Source of the DNA: Guillardia theta CCMP2712 | Lineage: Eukaryota > Protista > Cryptophyta | Assembly (NCBI RefSeq): GCF_000315625.1 | Contig: NW_005434671.1 | Coordinates: 941,798 to 1,005,797, forward strand | Length of the DNA: 64,000 nucleotides | Direction of reading: 5' to 3' | Notes under the pieces: model-generated | The model's database searches: none | Told to the model about the DNA's origin: nothing | What the model saw: only the letters and a program-made list of their open reading frames with translations | In this document: positions 29,690-43,843 of the stretch, piece after piece | Position numbering within the stretch: the first letter of the stretch is position 1 | Layout of the letters: every line of letters begins with the position of its first letter | Program-made: the position numbers and the translations under genes

Positions 29690-30660
29690 CCCCCGGCGTC
29701 AGCGCCGGCATGTTCAGCTTCTTGTCAGTCTTCTGCATCAAGAAATCAGCTGGACGGGAGAGGAGGAGGATGGGAGGCTAACGCCAGACGTCTCCTTGGG
29801 GAGTGGCAGTGCGCTGCCAAGCTCGTTGCATCGCTGTTTGAGCAAGAGCCCGTCAGAAGAAGAAAGCCACTCCTCCTCCCCCATCCCCACATGCACCTGA
29901 ATGGCCTGAATCTCGATCTTGCGATGTATGTGTGATGTGATCTTTCTGTTCATCCTTGCGACTGGGCCCTCGTTCTTGCGGCTCCTGGGATCCGTCACAT
30001 GCACGGAATCAACAACATGCTGTCTATTCAGCTGGAAGAAGTTCATACTTGGGGACGGGACGGTTCTTGCTGGGCGTGTAGGCATTCCCAGGCTGTCTTC
30101 TCACTGCTAGCCGCACGTTCTTCCCTCCTCCACCCTTCAGGTCGTGCGAGACAAGGAGGGAGTCAAAAGATTGGCAGCGGAGCGACGCAGGGGTTTCAAG
30201 GAGCCGCGATGCGCCATGGCTTGCTGAACACCAAGTCGACAGAGTGAAGAGCAAGAGTGCAGATACTGTTATCATATCCCATCACCCTACGTTGGGAGCT
30301 GTCAGCCAGCACAAAAACCTCGTCATGCTTCTTTCTGTTGGAACATTTCTGATTTATCCACATCGTCTCCTCCCTCCCTCCCTCCCTCCCTCCCTCCCTC
30401 CCTCTCCTCCTTCTCTGTCTATCAACATCCTGTCTGATCCTCTGACCCATGATTGTCTTTGCGTCTCCTCCCCTGCGCTGCCGCCCTCCCCTCCTGCTCT
30501 CCCCCCCCGCCCCCCTCCCTTTCAGGTTTTCCTCCGTAAATTCACAGACGACGAGCCGCATCTCCAAACCAGCGGCAACGGCAGGTGGCGGGGGGCAGGT
30601 GAAGCTGACCACTAGTAAGCACGAAGAGCAGCCATCTCGTGCGAGAAGCCTCATGTTCTC
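29690..30660 (-). CDS. Possible hypothetical multi-exon gene
   Basis: Several short minus-strand open frames separated by SSR-rich intron-like segments. No domain recognised. Confidence 0.25.
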
Positions 30661-30809
30661 TTCCTCCCTCTCCCTTCTTCTCTCTCCCCCTCTCCCCCTC
30701 CCCGCCCCCTCTGATTCTTTTCCGTTTATTGCACACAAATGAATGGACGCGAGTCGCAGACATGGAGGGGATACGTTCAGACCTGGAGCAGAGCTTTGCT
30801 CAGACAACT

Positions 30810-32300
30810 TCAGACAATCTTAGGAGCCTTCTTTCTGTTCTTCCTCTTTGCTTTCGTCGCGGATCCATCCTCGCCCGCGCTTGCACTCCTATCCAATTTA
30901 ACTGCGACATGTCAAACAGCACATGTGTCGCCTGCAGCCTTACCTTTCTTCGACGTTTCTCCAGTGCTGCTGCTGCTGCTGCTGCTTGCGCTACCAGTCG
31001 CGGCTGCTGCAGTCCCGTCAGTCTGCATGTCTCATCGAAGAACCTCGCAGGTGCCCGACCTTTCTTTCGAGCTGCGCGCAACTTGGCCTTTTGCTCTGCT
31101 ACAGGGTCCTCAGCAGCGGAGGGTTTCTGCTCCCCTGCCTTGGACTTGCTCGATTTCTTGCTGGCTGCCGAAGCGTCCTGATGCTCCTCCTCGCCCTTGG
31201 TCGACTTTCCTCTATCCTCCTCAGGCCCCTTGGCACCCTCGAAACTCGACTTCGTTTCAACATGAGGCTCGCTGGCTGCCTTCCGGCCGCTGGAGTTGGA
31301 AGCTCCCGTCTTGTTGCCCGCGAGGATGGAGTCCGATCCGTCCTGGCTGGTTGCTGAAGCATTGGAGGTACCAGAGCCTTGCTGCTCACGCGCCTCCTCC
31401 TCCTCTGAGCCAGTTTTCTTGGCATCGAACATCTCCTCTTCCGAATCCGAGCAGCAGGGGATCAACCCTGAGTGCTCTGCGGTGTCAGGGAAGCGCGTCA
31501 GCCCGCAATTCCTCGCTTCTATCCACAGATGTCCTTCACTGCGCATGGGAACCCAACGTGTCATCTTCATGTCGCCGGGAATCTTATCGTCGTTGTTGAT
31601 GCTCGGGCAAATTTCCTCGTAGGAACAGAGACGCCTGTTCTTGAGGATGCAGAACCTCCTGCTCTGGTACCAAGTGGCTCCCTCCGAAAGATAGTACCTG
31701 AGACCCCGAGAGTCCGCGACCTCACCCTCAACCTGCAGCTGCGACTCTTGCTTGGCCGGGGGTGCGCTCTCGGGGATTGGAGCTGACTTCCACAGCTCGG
31801 ACGTGTCAACCTCTGTGTTGTCCTGCCACAAATTTCAGCTGTCACTCCACGAGCATCCAGACTTTACCACGCCGTCAATGTAATCTGGAATCTGCGGGGA
31901 GTCGTGGAAGAAGATCCCCTTCCATTCTTCGAGGTTGATTTTCTTGTCTTGATTCCTATCATGCGCCTCGAACTCCAGATCCACCACCGAGAAGGCATGT
32001 CGCTTCGCAAACCCCTCGAACTCGTCCTCCATGATGGCGTAGTAGAATTCTTTCTTGCTCAGCGCGCCATCCTTGTTCGTGTCCTTCTCATGGAAGAAGG
32101 AGATTTCTGCGTCCAACAAATTGTTCTCCTCCTCCTACAGAGCAGGAAACGGTCAGGAGAGGCCGAGGAGAAGGCATCAACAACAGGACAACCTGGTCCA
32201 TGCTCGACATGCGCGCAGCTTGAGACGCCATGGGCACCATCGTCATCACTACCACCGCCGCCATGATCAACATGAACCGTCCAGCTAAACCCCTCGCCAT
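30810..32300 (-). CDS. Secreted EF-hand pair plus C-type-lectin-like Cys module and basic tail
   Basis: Signal peptide MARGLAGRFMLIMAAVVVMTMVPMASQA; EF loops DTNKDGALSKKE and DRNQDKKINLEE; ATWYQSRRFCILKNRRLCSYEEICP…WVPM…CC. Confidence 0.7.
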
Positions 32301-32874
32301 GCCGACTCTAACGTTGGTACCCACCCCTCTTTTCCAAGCACAATTCGTCATGGAAGGACCCCTCCAGAGCATCCTAGCCAGCGCATCTCAATGCATTCCG
32401 TTACTCTTTATAACGAATTTGTTGCAGCCGTTGAGGAAGTTGCAGTGCAGTTTTGACCTCCGAGTCGTTTTTTTAACTGCCGGTGCAGTGCTGATCGCGT
32501 CAAGGCGAGCAAGTTGTAGAGGGTAGAGAGGAGGGGGAGTACGCTTATGAGGGTCAGGCCAGCTGCTGGAGTCGGTAAACAGTGACTGTCAGAGTCGTAA
32601 ACAGTGAACTGTCAGAGTCGCCGCACTTGAACTAACCTTCACTGACAGGCTGAGCAGAGAAAGCTTGTCGCTGCGGGTCACCGGGTGATCTGAGTCAGAG
32701 ATGGCAAAGTTGGAATCGCACTAAAAGACAGCGCCCTGTTTCAAGTTGGTTTCATGCATCTCACCCCAGTCCTGAAGTTGTTCGGGTCTCCGGGAGGATG
32801 TCTGCCTATCACACTTGAGAGAATCGGAAGCTGAATCGCCGCGTTCATCGCTCAACCCTCTTGATCGGGGCAGT

Positions 32875-34732
32875 ATGGACGCTTCGCCAGAAATTCGGGA
32901 GGAGTCGGCAGGGATGGGGCATGTTCCCCGTCGCACCAGCTCAATCATTTCTAGAACCGCGTCTTCTTCCTTCCTCAAGAGGAGACGAAGGCTCAGCGAT
33001 CGAGTACTCTATTATATGAGCAGAGAGCGCTCCATGACTGGCCTAGCACGCCATGTTCGCAAGCTCAAGAGCCGTTTTCTAGTGCTCAAGGTCCTGGCCT
33101 CAGTCGTCGCCCTCCTGGGCATAGTCTTCGCTGTTGCCTCCATAGAACTTTGCACTATCATCCAGAATGATGCTTGTGAAGCAAAAGCTCACGAAGAAAT
33201 CTTCATCAAGAGCACTGGAACAGTCCTAGCGGTCGCTCTGTCAATTTTGGTCTGCATGTGCAATCAATGTCGATACCGAATCTTAAAGCACAGCGAAACA
33301 TTCAACGCCCTTAACGACAACCGAGCCATCGATGATAGCAGGTTAGAGTCATACAGGAGATATCTCCACGTTAGCACGGCCATTGAAGTCATTCTTTCCA
33401 TGATACATCCCATCCCAGGATTTTCGAAATATGTCAGAGTAGAAACCATGGGTCACATTGAGACGCACAGTATTGACGAGATCCTTACGATCATCATGAT
33501 TGTAAAATTGTACCACTTCTGTAACCTCGCCATGGCTTATGTGCAGAAGAGAATTATAGACGACACAGCCTTCTCGACAGGTGATCTCAAAGCCATGAAG
33601 CTCTCCATGAAGAATTCTTTCTCCTTTACATTTCGTATTGCAATGAGACATCATGCGATCGAACTCATTACGGTGGTTCTGGTTTTTGTGATCTTTGTCT
33701 CGTCGTATGCGCTCCGCATTGCAGAAGGAAGATGGACCAACGGCGCGTCTCAGTATTATTGGACAAATCTCTGGATGAGCCTCTCAACGTTGTCTACAAC
33801 GGGATACGGTTGATTGGAGTTATGTGATCTCATCAGAACTCACTGGTGGTGTAGGAGATGTATATCCCGTGACACATGCTGGCAGAGCAATCTGCTGCTG
33901 CCTCATGCTCATAGGGATATTTGCTACATCTCACTTGATCTCCGCCATCATCAAAGCTTTTGAACCTTCAAAATGGGAGGATCAGTTGATTGAGCAATTA
34001 CTCTGCCTCAAGGCAAAGGGACGTGTCGTCTTGATATGCGCCAGGTAAATCGCTTTTCCTGCGGCCATATCCCGTTCTAATCATAATCATGTTGTCCTGC
34101 AGAATCTTTCAAAACAAGTTCAGATTCGCCAAAGGAAGAATCTCGAGGATATTCTTCGATTACAACAGAAAGCAGGTGCTTTGAACGCGTCAACCGTGGT
34201 TTCTCTGACTGCGAGCAGCTCCGAGTGCAGCTTGCAAGTGCGTTGCTCGAGATGAAGGAATACAAGCTGGAGGCAAGAGCTCGAGATGGGCAAAGCAACG
34301 GGCCGCGCGTCGAACATTTCAAGTCGGTGGTTGAAATGGCCCATCGTGCTTTGCCTGCGGTTGATTCGCATCCAAACGCAAGCGAGGATGGCAATGTGGA
34401 GGACATTGAAGTGAAGGATCAGGTCATTGTTTGATTGTCTCAAGACTCGCCTTTGACATGCTCTTCAGGGAGCTTTCGCTGCTTCGCTACGACTCTCCGA
34501 GGCTCTCAAACGTCTCGAAACTTCACTTTCTTCAGTTCCTACTACCACCAGCGCCTTGTTTTCCAGAGCAACAGTCACTGTTGGTAGCCCACGAAAGTCT
34601 AAACGCGCAACCGTGAGGAAAGCAAAGATGTCTCCAAGACTCCCGGTTTCATCGCAAGATTCAGTCTCGGCTGAGCTGGGGTATGTCTACGAAGGAAGCT
34701 CCTTTGTTCCGAGCCATTCGCTGCACCTTTGA
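32875..34732 (+). CDS. Small-conductance Ca2+-activated K+ channel-like (SK/KCNN family)
   Basis: Six TM segments; SK-typical IHPIPG; SYALRIAE; pore LWMSLSTLSTTGYG|DVYP (filter split by an intron); S6 GRAICCCLMLIGIFATSHLISAI. Confidence 0.85.
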
Positions 34733-34870
34733 CGTCATGTTGGTTGACTTGGACCTTCCAGTCAAGACCATGTTGTACTTATATTGTAGAATGAAATAAC
34801 ATGTCTCACACATTGGTGGACGTTGCACGTGTATTGTCATGCAGCTCGCGCCAACACCTCTTCACGTAAA

Positions 34871-37707
34871 CTACAATAACATCGTCGAAGGGTTGCTGAG
34901 GTACTTCTTGAGCGTCTGCAGGAACTGGGCGCCAACAGCTCCATCGACAGTTCGATGATCGCAGCTAAGGGTAATGCGCATGAAGCTAGAGACCGCATAG
35001 TCCTCGTTGGGACCCTGTAAGATCGCGTCACATCTCAACCTGAGAGCTGTGTCGCAAGGAACCTTGGCTGGGACCACTCGTTCTTCAGTCGCACCAACTG
35101 CAAGGATGCAGGACTGCGGAGGATTGATGATAGCGGCAAAGCTCGTAATCCCAAACATTCCTGCGCAAGAATCCGTCAACGGTTGTCGGCTGTTGGGCCG
35201 TCGATCATCACCCAAGTTGGAAACCGAGAAAGTGCCACCCTGGAATTCGTGGGGCTAACGAGCATGTCAGGATGGACCAGAAGGGTGTTAGCAAGCCTCA
35301 CCTGAAGCTTTCCATCCCTGGCCTTGGCTGCGAGGGCCTTCACCTGTAAAGTACTTGAGACAAGACAACAGAGTCATCTGAAAAGGAAAAGATTACTTCG
35401 TTAGAGATGCCCAGGAGCCCCTTCATGTCCGCATCGGTCACAATCGGGGTGATCAGGCCTGATCAATCGGTTAGGTCGATTCACCCTCAAAGAGTATGGA
35501 CACCCGTCGGAGATGCGACGGCAACGCTGATGTCAATGTAGTTGTACTTGCGAATGGCATTCTCCATCCATGAAACATTCACCTCGGGATGATCTCTCAA
35601 AGCAAGAGCAGAAGCCTTTGCGTGATGATTAACATCGCTTCAACGCAAAAATGAAACTTTCAACCTTGATGATAAAATCGTTGACAGACAATTTGTAGTC
35701 TGGCTTGCCCTCCTTGTCATACTTGGCTTTTGAGTTCAACTTTCACGCCTGTAAGAGCTAGTACACAAAGCAAAGCACATCCACCTGGTCACGAAGCTTC
35801 AGCAAGTCGTCCACACACACATCCATTGACAGGTAATAATGTGGGATGGTTGTCTTCGATTGAAGCAACCTAAAAAACACAATTTTTCAGACTCAAAACA
35901 GTTCCAGCCTAAATAAATGAGATTCACCTCGATGCAATAACTTTGCGGATGTTGGAATGTGGAATTTCCGTGTAATCCACACCAGCAACCTAGGAAGACG
36001 AATCAACACAAGTCCGATGAGCCTCGGCCAGACAAAATAGCAGTTACTTACACCCGCAGATGACGCGCTCTGCACACTTGAGCCGACTCCACTCTACGAA
36101 TAGAAAAAGTTTGATTATGATATGGGTACGCAGAGTTACACTTTCTGCACACCTCGATAGCTTGTAGAACGTCAGCAGCAATGACTCGGTTGTGTGGTCC
36201 GGTAGGAGTAGTCGATCTCAAGTCGATACCTGCGTACAAACATCATCCAAAATACGTTGTATTTGACAGAAGCAAGGGAAATATTAATGATTTCATACCG
36301 TTTTCCTTGGCCAACTTCTTTGCCAAGGGCGAAGCCAGCACACGCCCGCCCTTGTTCTCAACTGCTTGTGATGCAGGTGCAGGAGCACTCTCTGTTGCAT
36401 CATTAGTGGACATTGAACGATGAACAAGAGCAATTTGCACATACTTGGAGCCTGTGAAGATGGAGAAGCCGCCTACAGTATTGAATCAACGTCTCTTTCC
36501 AAAGAAACAGCATTTACCTTCGGCTGTTCACTGCTTGGTGCCTTAGCCGCAGCTCCACCAGCGCCTTGCGGTTTGGTGGTGTCTACCGTGAAGTCCTGGA
36601 AGGAAGGGACGATTCCGCTGTCATCAACAACCACGAAGATTGGGACTCCAACGGCAACTTCGCTTGCGCCTTCAGCCACCTAAACCCCTCTGTCACAGGA
36701 CTGACAGAACTAGATCGGTAAGAAAGTACCAGAATCTTTGCGATGTAGCCCTCATCTTGCGATTCCCAACCGATGGTCGCTTTGTCTGTTTCAATGTCGC
36801 ATAGCAAATCACCCGGAGAAATCTAGATCGAAGCGCGAGTCACATTTGGCACGGAAAACTGAAGGCAACAGAGTTTCGTTACCTTATCCCCCAATTTAAC
36901 CTTGAACCCAGCAATAGTGCCAGCAGTCATGGTTGGAGATAGAGCTGGCATGTTTAGCAACTGATGGGGCGGGTAACTTTTTGTATTTGCCGCAGGGGCG
37001 CTATGCTTGGGTTGCGGAGCAGCAGGTGCTGGCTCAGCCTTGGCAGCAGAGTCCTCTCCAGGCTTGTAATTGGCAAAGGCAGGGACGTCTGCTGCATTCT
37101 CTACGAGCACAATGGCTTCTTTACCCACTGGGACATCCTGCGACCCTTCCGGCATCAAGATGGCAGCGATATATCCCTCATCCTGTGATTCCCATCCGAT
37201 AGTGGCCTTGTCGGTTTCAATCTCGCACAGAAGATCTCCGGGAGACACTTTGTCGCCGACCTTAATCTTATAGCTTGCAATGTTTCCTGTTTTCATGGTT
37301 GGAGACAGAGCAGGCATCTTCAACACTTGATGCTCTGGGAGGCTACTCATGCCCCTCACAATCCATGACCTTGATCTTCTTGAGACATTGCAAGCTGGCT
37401 TGGCCAATCTTCCCATCCTGAAGTTTTTGCAGCAAGTCAGTAACCATTCCAACCATGTACATAGATCTGATACTCACCCTGAAGGTTGGCAGAGAGTCGT
37501 AAGCGATCGCGCAAGGGTTCGTGGAATGTTCCTGTTCATGGCACTGACACGCCTGGACGCGATCCTTGTCTTCGAAGCAAGCGATGCCGAGGAAGTGAAA
37601 GAGAGAGACGGTTGGGTTGAGCATGGAGAGCAGGTCGACGAGGATGATCGAAGCTGAAGGGCCAAGAGCGACCGCCTCATTCCGAGCCCGCTCATAGCAA
37701 GCGCCAT
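34871..37707 (-). CDS. DLAT: Mitochondrial pyruvate dehydrogenase E2 (dihydrolipoamide acetyltransferase), two lipoyl domains
   Basis: Two MPALSPTM…IETDKAT lipoyl domains; E3-binding [11 protein letters not shown]; TIPHYYL; catalytic [15 protein letters not shown]; Arg/Ser-rich transit peptide. Confidence 0.95.
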
Positions 37708-38292
37708 GCTGCTGCCTCCGCGGCTGGGGCGCAAGCAATAGGGTCCGAATGGAAAAATGAAATCGACTGAATACCCTCCATTTGAGTCTGCAGTAGGGGT
37801 CCTTACCCTTGTTATAAAGCCCAATCTATAAAACCATAGTGTACCCTCTACTGATAAAGTTAGTCAGAGCTAGGGGTGGTACAGTTTAAAAACAAAAACT
37901 GTTATGTTGTCGTTCTACGTCTATGCAGACCGAGGACGCCTCCCAAGGGATGGGAACTTATAAAAACAACAATTTCCCACATATATAAAATTTCTACTGA
38001 ATACGTTTTAGTGGTACCAAAGTCCGGAATGAAGGATAGCACAAACTCGTACAAAAGTAATCTTTAAAAACAATTTTTTCACACATTTCATATTCAAATA
38101 AGTATTACATTTGAAACTTCATCGGAACATTTGAAATATTCACTGCTATTTCACGTGTTGTACGATAGAACATCCGGAATTGCCCGTACAGAATAATAAA
38201 ACTAATAGAGCCGGGTGTACAACCGGGCCATCAGAAGAGCATCCCCCATTGTCACATATAAAAAGAATTGGAGGACAATGTCTTTGAGTGGG

Positions 38293-38365
38293 CACCCACG
38301 ATGGGACTCGAACCCACAATCTCACCCTTAGGAGGGGTGCGCCGTATCCATTGGGCCACGCGGGC
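38293..38365 (-). tRNA. tRNA-Arg (anticodon CCT)
   Basis: Reverse complement GCCCGCG TGGCCCAATGGATACGGCG CACCC CT CCT AA GGGTG AGATT GTGGG TTCGAGT CCCAT CGTGGGT G: 73-nt cloverleaf, no intron. Confidence 0.95.
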
Positions 38366-38589
38366 TCCTCCATGTCTTCTGATGTGCGATACAGTGTATA
38401 TATAGGAACAGGGCTGGGCTGATCCTCCACGGGGGTGGGGTGGATTATGGACATGGTAGTGGGAGGGTTTCTGGTACCGCACTCGATGGGGAAAGGTGGG
38501 TGGTGGTAGTAGGCAACTTTGAGACGGGATGCAGGGGGATTGGTTGTCGATAATGTTACATTGGTACAGCACAACATGCTAGAAGTTCT

Positions 38590-40350
38590 TCAAGATCTCG
38601 GCTCCTTCTTGATCTTCACTATCGGAGTAACGCTCTCTGTCCACACAAAGCATGAGCCGCTGCAAACAGTCGATTTTCAACAGCAGGTCACTTACGTTTC
38701 ACAAGCTTAGAGATCCTGCCAGGCAACGTCAATGGCAAGGTTAGACAATAAAAATAAAACACCTGGGTTTCGCTATCCCTCCACTTGTCTTGCTGCGCTA
38801 GAAATTTGAGGCCATGTTAGCGAAAGAAAAAACAAATTCCTTGCTGTGGTCTGATACCTGGAGAGCCAAAATTCTTGCTTGATGTAGGACAGATTCTGGT
38901 TTGCTTTTCATCATCGGGCTGTTCATGATCAAATTTCGAGCCATCTTTCTTGATTCCTTGAATCTCAACTCCTCGGTTTGAACACGCGCATTCATGATCT
39001 GTTGATCTCAAGCTTCAGTGCATTGCACTCGGAACTGATGTTGAAAGCAGTTACCTCTTGCTTTGCACGTACTCGATCTTCTTCTGATTCTGGTAATAAA
39101 GGAATCTGCATGTTCAATCTTTTTCTCTCTTCCGCATGCTGAGCCTCGTTTGCCTATTTGAATAGCGCATTAGTTCAGACCAAACCATTCCTAACATGAA
39201 CAAGGTCGCCTGTGCACCTGATCTTCCTTCTTTTGTTTGCGAAATGCATTGCGCAGTGTCCTATTCAGAATGCCATCATCTCGACTTCTGACATCCTGTT
39301 CCATCGATGATCACTCCTCAGTATGAAACGGAAGCAGGAAAGCATCCAATATGGGAACTTGACCTGAATATGTTTCAATTGGTGTAGGACTGCTTTTTTC
39401 TCTTTCGATTTCACTTCGTCCTCCCTGAAAGCATTTAAAATGAGGATTGCACAATGCCACCGGTTACAAAATACTACCTTTTCCCAGACCCGTCGGATGC
39501 TGCAAAATGTTCCAGTCGGTAGAATGGGTCTTCTTCAAGTTTTCTTTTTTCTTTTTCGTCAAGCAACTTTACAGTATCCTCATCCTGATCGTCATATACG
39601 ACAAACAGGTCCCATTAGCATCGAAGCATTTGACAAAGGAAGGTCGAACCTGGTCCCAGGACTCCTCTTTCTTGCGGCATCCGCTGATGCATTTGTACCT
39701 GGTAGCGCATGCATCACGATCCCATCTTCCTCCAAGTTTGACGCTTTGTTACGTTGTGTTTTGAGGGTCCGTCGCTACAATCATGATGTTGTCGCACAAG
39801 TGACATTTCAATTGAAACTCCCAGATAGTTGTCGTGAAGTACTTTCCTGCCTTTTCTAGTTCTCAGCGAAACAGGAGAGCTAACAAACACGCCCAGCTCA
39901 TACCTTCTTCTTGTCTGCGTTGAAGCGAACACCTTTGTGAATGACTTCTTGGCATTTTTCACACCAAATATCGAATGGCGTCTCGAATCTGATGACATCT
40001 CGGCCTTGCGTGAGCAGTTTACTGTTCACTTGGGCTCCTCGATTTCTCCACGATTCTCCCCGAAAAGTATTCAGATTACTTCTCTCATTGAAATTCTTTT
40101 GGTCCCAGAATTCTGGCGGATAGTACCTGTGATACAAAATCAAAATGTTGCACTGAAATGACAAGAAAGCAAGCTTAGCTGGCGTGTATATCAGATGCTC
40201 AAATCGCTGGACCATCACATTGACAGACAGACAAAATGTTGAAAAAAACAAACAAAAGCAAACAAAGAAACAGCACACTACAACACACGCCTTTACACTG
40301 CATTTGAGAGGCAGGATGTTTAATGGGTTGTGAAGGAGGTCGAGACATGC
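38590..40350 (-). CDS. YJU2B: CCDC130/YJU2B (Saf4/Yju2 family) splicing factor; 5' end approximate
   Basis: YYPPEF…IRFETPFDIWCEKC…IHKGVRFNADKK|…GKYFTTTIWEFQLKCHLC…IVATDPQN. Confidence 0.9.
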
Positions 40351-40896
40351 CAGACAACATTGCAACGCCAGACACTGGTAGGATATATGGCCACAGACCC
40401 CGTGGCACTATCCTCTTTCAGCTCTCCTTCTCCCTCACCGGTTTGTTGCCTTCCTGTCTGCCATGGCCGCTGCGAGCTCGAGGTTTAGGCTGTTTAGCTT
40501 GGTTCAGTTTAGACATTCTGTGCCTGGGTATGATGGCTGACCAGAGAATCAAAGTGCGGATTGCGAATGCGGCCGAATCCAGAGAGGGGATAGGGAGAGA
40601 GGGAGGGGAGGGGAGGGGAGGCGGGGGAGACGGGGGGGGCATGGCAAGGGTATGAAGATAGAGGAATGTGGATATCGATGAAGAAGTAAGTTAGGAGCAT
40701 GCATGCAATATAAAAGAACCACATCCAAACCATGGGGAATCAAACTATCCATGAAAAGGGAGTTTGAGCCGTATTGCCATGAATGATGTGCGAGGAAAAG
40801 GAGAGTTCCGTGTCTTCAAACATTGACTTTCTCTGATGCTCACAGGCAACAATCCAAGAGGGGATGCGAGACCAATTTTGAAGTGGGCTGCGAATC

Positions 40897-41515
40897 ATGA
40901 GCAAGTTGCTGTCATGGAGGGTCTGTGCAATGCTCTGGGCCGCACTCGTGTGCCTGAACAGTTGTTCTTGCCTTCCAAGGACAGAAGGACCAGGAGAGAC
41001 TCTGCCAGGTAGTTGCCATGTGCAGGTGCCAAGAGGATGTCAAAGAGGTGTGACTCGTTTGATCAGATTGGCAAGATATCCATGAACAGCCTTGCAATCT
41101 GGGGATGCAGGACATGTACAGGACCCCCTTCTACACGGAGAATCGACCCTTTGCCATCTGCGGCAAGTACAACGAGGAGACAGGCCTGGATCTTGTCGGT
41201 CGCCCATGTTGCTGCGAGTTCTGTGGGCAGAGAGATCCGTTCGGGCAACTGTGCGAAGTATCTCAGAAACTATGTACCACGGTGGAGGATTGCATCCAAC
41301 GGCACCACGGAGTATGCAAGTCTTCGAAGAAGCACAAGGGTGTCGACAAGTTTTATCTCTTCTGGTTCTCTGCGATGAGGTGAGCGCATGCTACTTTGCT
41401 TCTTTCCAAACCCCAGAGTTACTGGGCCTGCAGTTTCTTTACCATCATGCCTTTCGTCATTCCAGCCATAGCGATGTACGCCGCTGAAGAGCTTGTTCTT
41501 GGTCTGGCAGGATGA
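40897..41515 (+). CDS. Small Cys-rich membrane protein with signal peptide
   Basis: Signal peptide; exon 2 has ICG…CCCEFC…LC…LC…C…C; hydrophobic C-terminus FYLFWFSAM|SFFTIMPFVIPAIAMY. Confidence 0.6.
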
Positions 41516-41568
41516 ATTCTAGAGGGCGGAGCCCATGTTTGCTCTACTCGTCATTTTCTATCTTTATG

Positions 41569-43435
41569 TCACAGCCCTTGAAGCGGGGTTGGGTTTCTTG
41601 CTACATCTTCGGAGGTCGATGAGCTTTGAAACGGGTGGACAGGCACGGTCTTTCTGCTTGGCGATGGTTCAAAACCTCTCAGTTCCGGAGCAGGAGAGGA
41701 GAAACAGACCTCAGGAGTTCGTGGATGACGTAGTCGTGCGAATCTTCCATCTTCCCCATCAATGTCGCCAACTCCAGCCCAACCTGTGCTGGAGTCATCC
41801 GAGAGAGTGCGAAAGCGCAATACCTCCTCGTTGAACTTGAGTGCTCTCTTCAGCTCCTGATGCCCAGTCTCGAGCCTTGACCTCACATTGTCTTCGCGCA
41901 TCTTCAGGATGGTCAGCTCCTGCTATTATGGTTACTGCCGGCGTTGAGGAGGCAAAGGGGCCCTCCACCTGCTTGGTCTCCTGGAGCTGAGCAAGGACCC
42001 TCATTAAATTCTTCTCTGCTGTCGATCTTGCCAGCGCCTCTTTCCTCAGGTCCTCCTGCTCCTTCCTTCACTCTCGTATTCCTCAACGTCACTCCTCCCT
42101 ACCTGTAATTTGGCTTGAATGGTCCTTTGAAGCTGCTTGTCCTCCTGGAATCTTCGTTCTAGCTCGCTCACGTACGCTAGTTACAAGCGGCGTCATGTCG
42201 AAACTCAGCGGAAGCAAAGAAACTTTCACCCAGCCTGTCTCTATCAAGCTCTTCAATCCGATTGACGTGTTCTTCCCGGCTGGGAAGCAATCAGTCCAAC
42301 TTAGCGGCGGTCGTGACGAGGATGTGCAGGGATGGCGAGCGAACTCTTCTTTACCTCTTCATGTTATCTTGAGAGATGGCCAACATCTTCTCAAGTTTGG
42401 ATGCTTTCTCTTTCCAATTCTCCAACAGACCTGCGAGCTTCTCCACCTCTGCTCTGCTCTGCAGATTCTCCTTTTCCATCTTCTGCCTCTCGTCCTGGTT
42501 CAAACCTGTTCGAACCTTCACATGGCGCCAAAAGGGAATCAAGTATCCTCTGCTGTTCCACCTCTGTTGCCCTTCATGAGCTCTTCTTTCTCAGCAACCA
42601 GCCCCTCAATCTTAATCTAGTGGTCTCGTCAAGGGAGGACTTGCATCGAAGCATCGGACCTCTTGCATTGACACGATTTTCCTCATTCTGAAAGTCAACT
42701 TAGGTCATTATACCCTGCAGTTGCTTCACAACCTGTCGTTCTCTGTGGCGAGGGAATGACATCTCATCAACAGCTTCACGTATCCTGCTGACCCTCTCAC
42801 CAAGTCCACCTGCGATGTCCAGTCAGTAAATGGTACAGGATCAGGATCAGGATCAGGATCAGGATCAGGATCAGGATCAGGATCAGGATCAGGATCAGGA
42901 TCAGGGGCAGGGGCAGGGGCAGGGGCAGGGGCAAGTACGAGCGCATTTGCAAGTGAGAGTGTAAACAAAGACAAGAAGGAGGAGGTGCGAAGAAGCCGAG
43001 CTCCTCTACTTCATAGAAAAGTTTCCCGCTCGTGCCCTCCCTTCGAAACGTCATCGTGACGTGCGAGCCCTGCGGCCCAAGAACGAGGGTCCTCGACAAC
43101 CAGCATCATTCGACTCATCCGGCACGTCAACAACCCCCACTGCTTACCTTAGCCTTGCAAGCCCAATGTGCAGCGTCGGCTGGTGGTTGATCTTGACCAG
43201 GATGTCGCTCTCCTGCAGTGAAGCTTGACCCGTCCGAGCTAGCGAGCTGAGCTGAGAGCATACCTGGATAGTTCTTGCCATGGCTGCTGATCCCTCAGGA
43301 ACGAGGGACTGGACGAAGACTTGCCCTGAGCAAGCATGACCAAGACGCACTCTCAACCCCTCCAACACCACCATCAACGTCTTCTGCGAAGTAGATGCCC
43401 ACTCCAAACTGCTCCTCCCCTTGGGCTCCTTGCAT
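41569..43435 (-). CDS. PDZ-domain plus coiled-coil protein
   Basis: MQGAQGEEQFGVGIYFAEDVDG|QVFVQSLVPEGSAAMARTIQ|ESDILVKIN…LVLGPQGSHVTMTFRR; downstream coiled-coil exons. Confidence 0.85.
42837..42932. repeat. (CAGGAT)n + (CAGGGG)n intronic microsatellite
   Basis: Directly visible. Confidence 0.95.
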
Positions 43436-43843
43436 CTTCGCCGTCCTCGCGGGAGATATCTGGAAGATGGCGAGGGAGGAGGGGAGGGAGGGTGGACTGG
43501 GGAGAGCAGGAAAAGTGACGTACTTGACTTCTTTTTTTCACAGAAGTGTCAATCAAGCTAGCTAGTTGGAGTAGCGGTTTTCGCTGCCTCCTTCGTTTCC
43601 TAGTATTTTATTGAGGCGGGTTTGTAGGCATTATCCTCGTCCTCCTTTCTTTGCTCCGGTTTGCCTTTCTTTTTCAGTTTGTCGGGCATTCTACAAGTTG
43701 AGGCCCCTCGAGAGTATCACATAGAGAACTTCATATCAACACAACTTTACAGGCTTTCTCGTCTACTCCCCACCCTCTCCTTCTACCTCTCCCTTCCTCC
43801 TTTACCTCTTCTTTCCTCTTTCCCGGAGTCCGATCCCCTCTGC

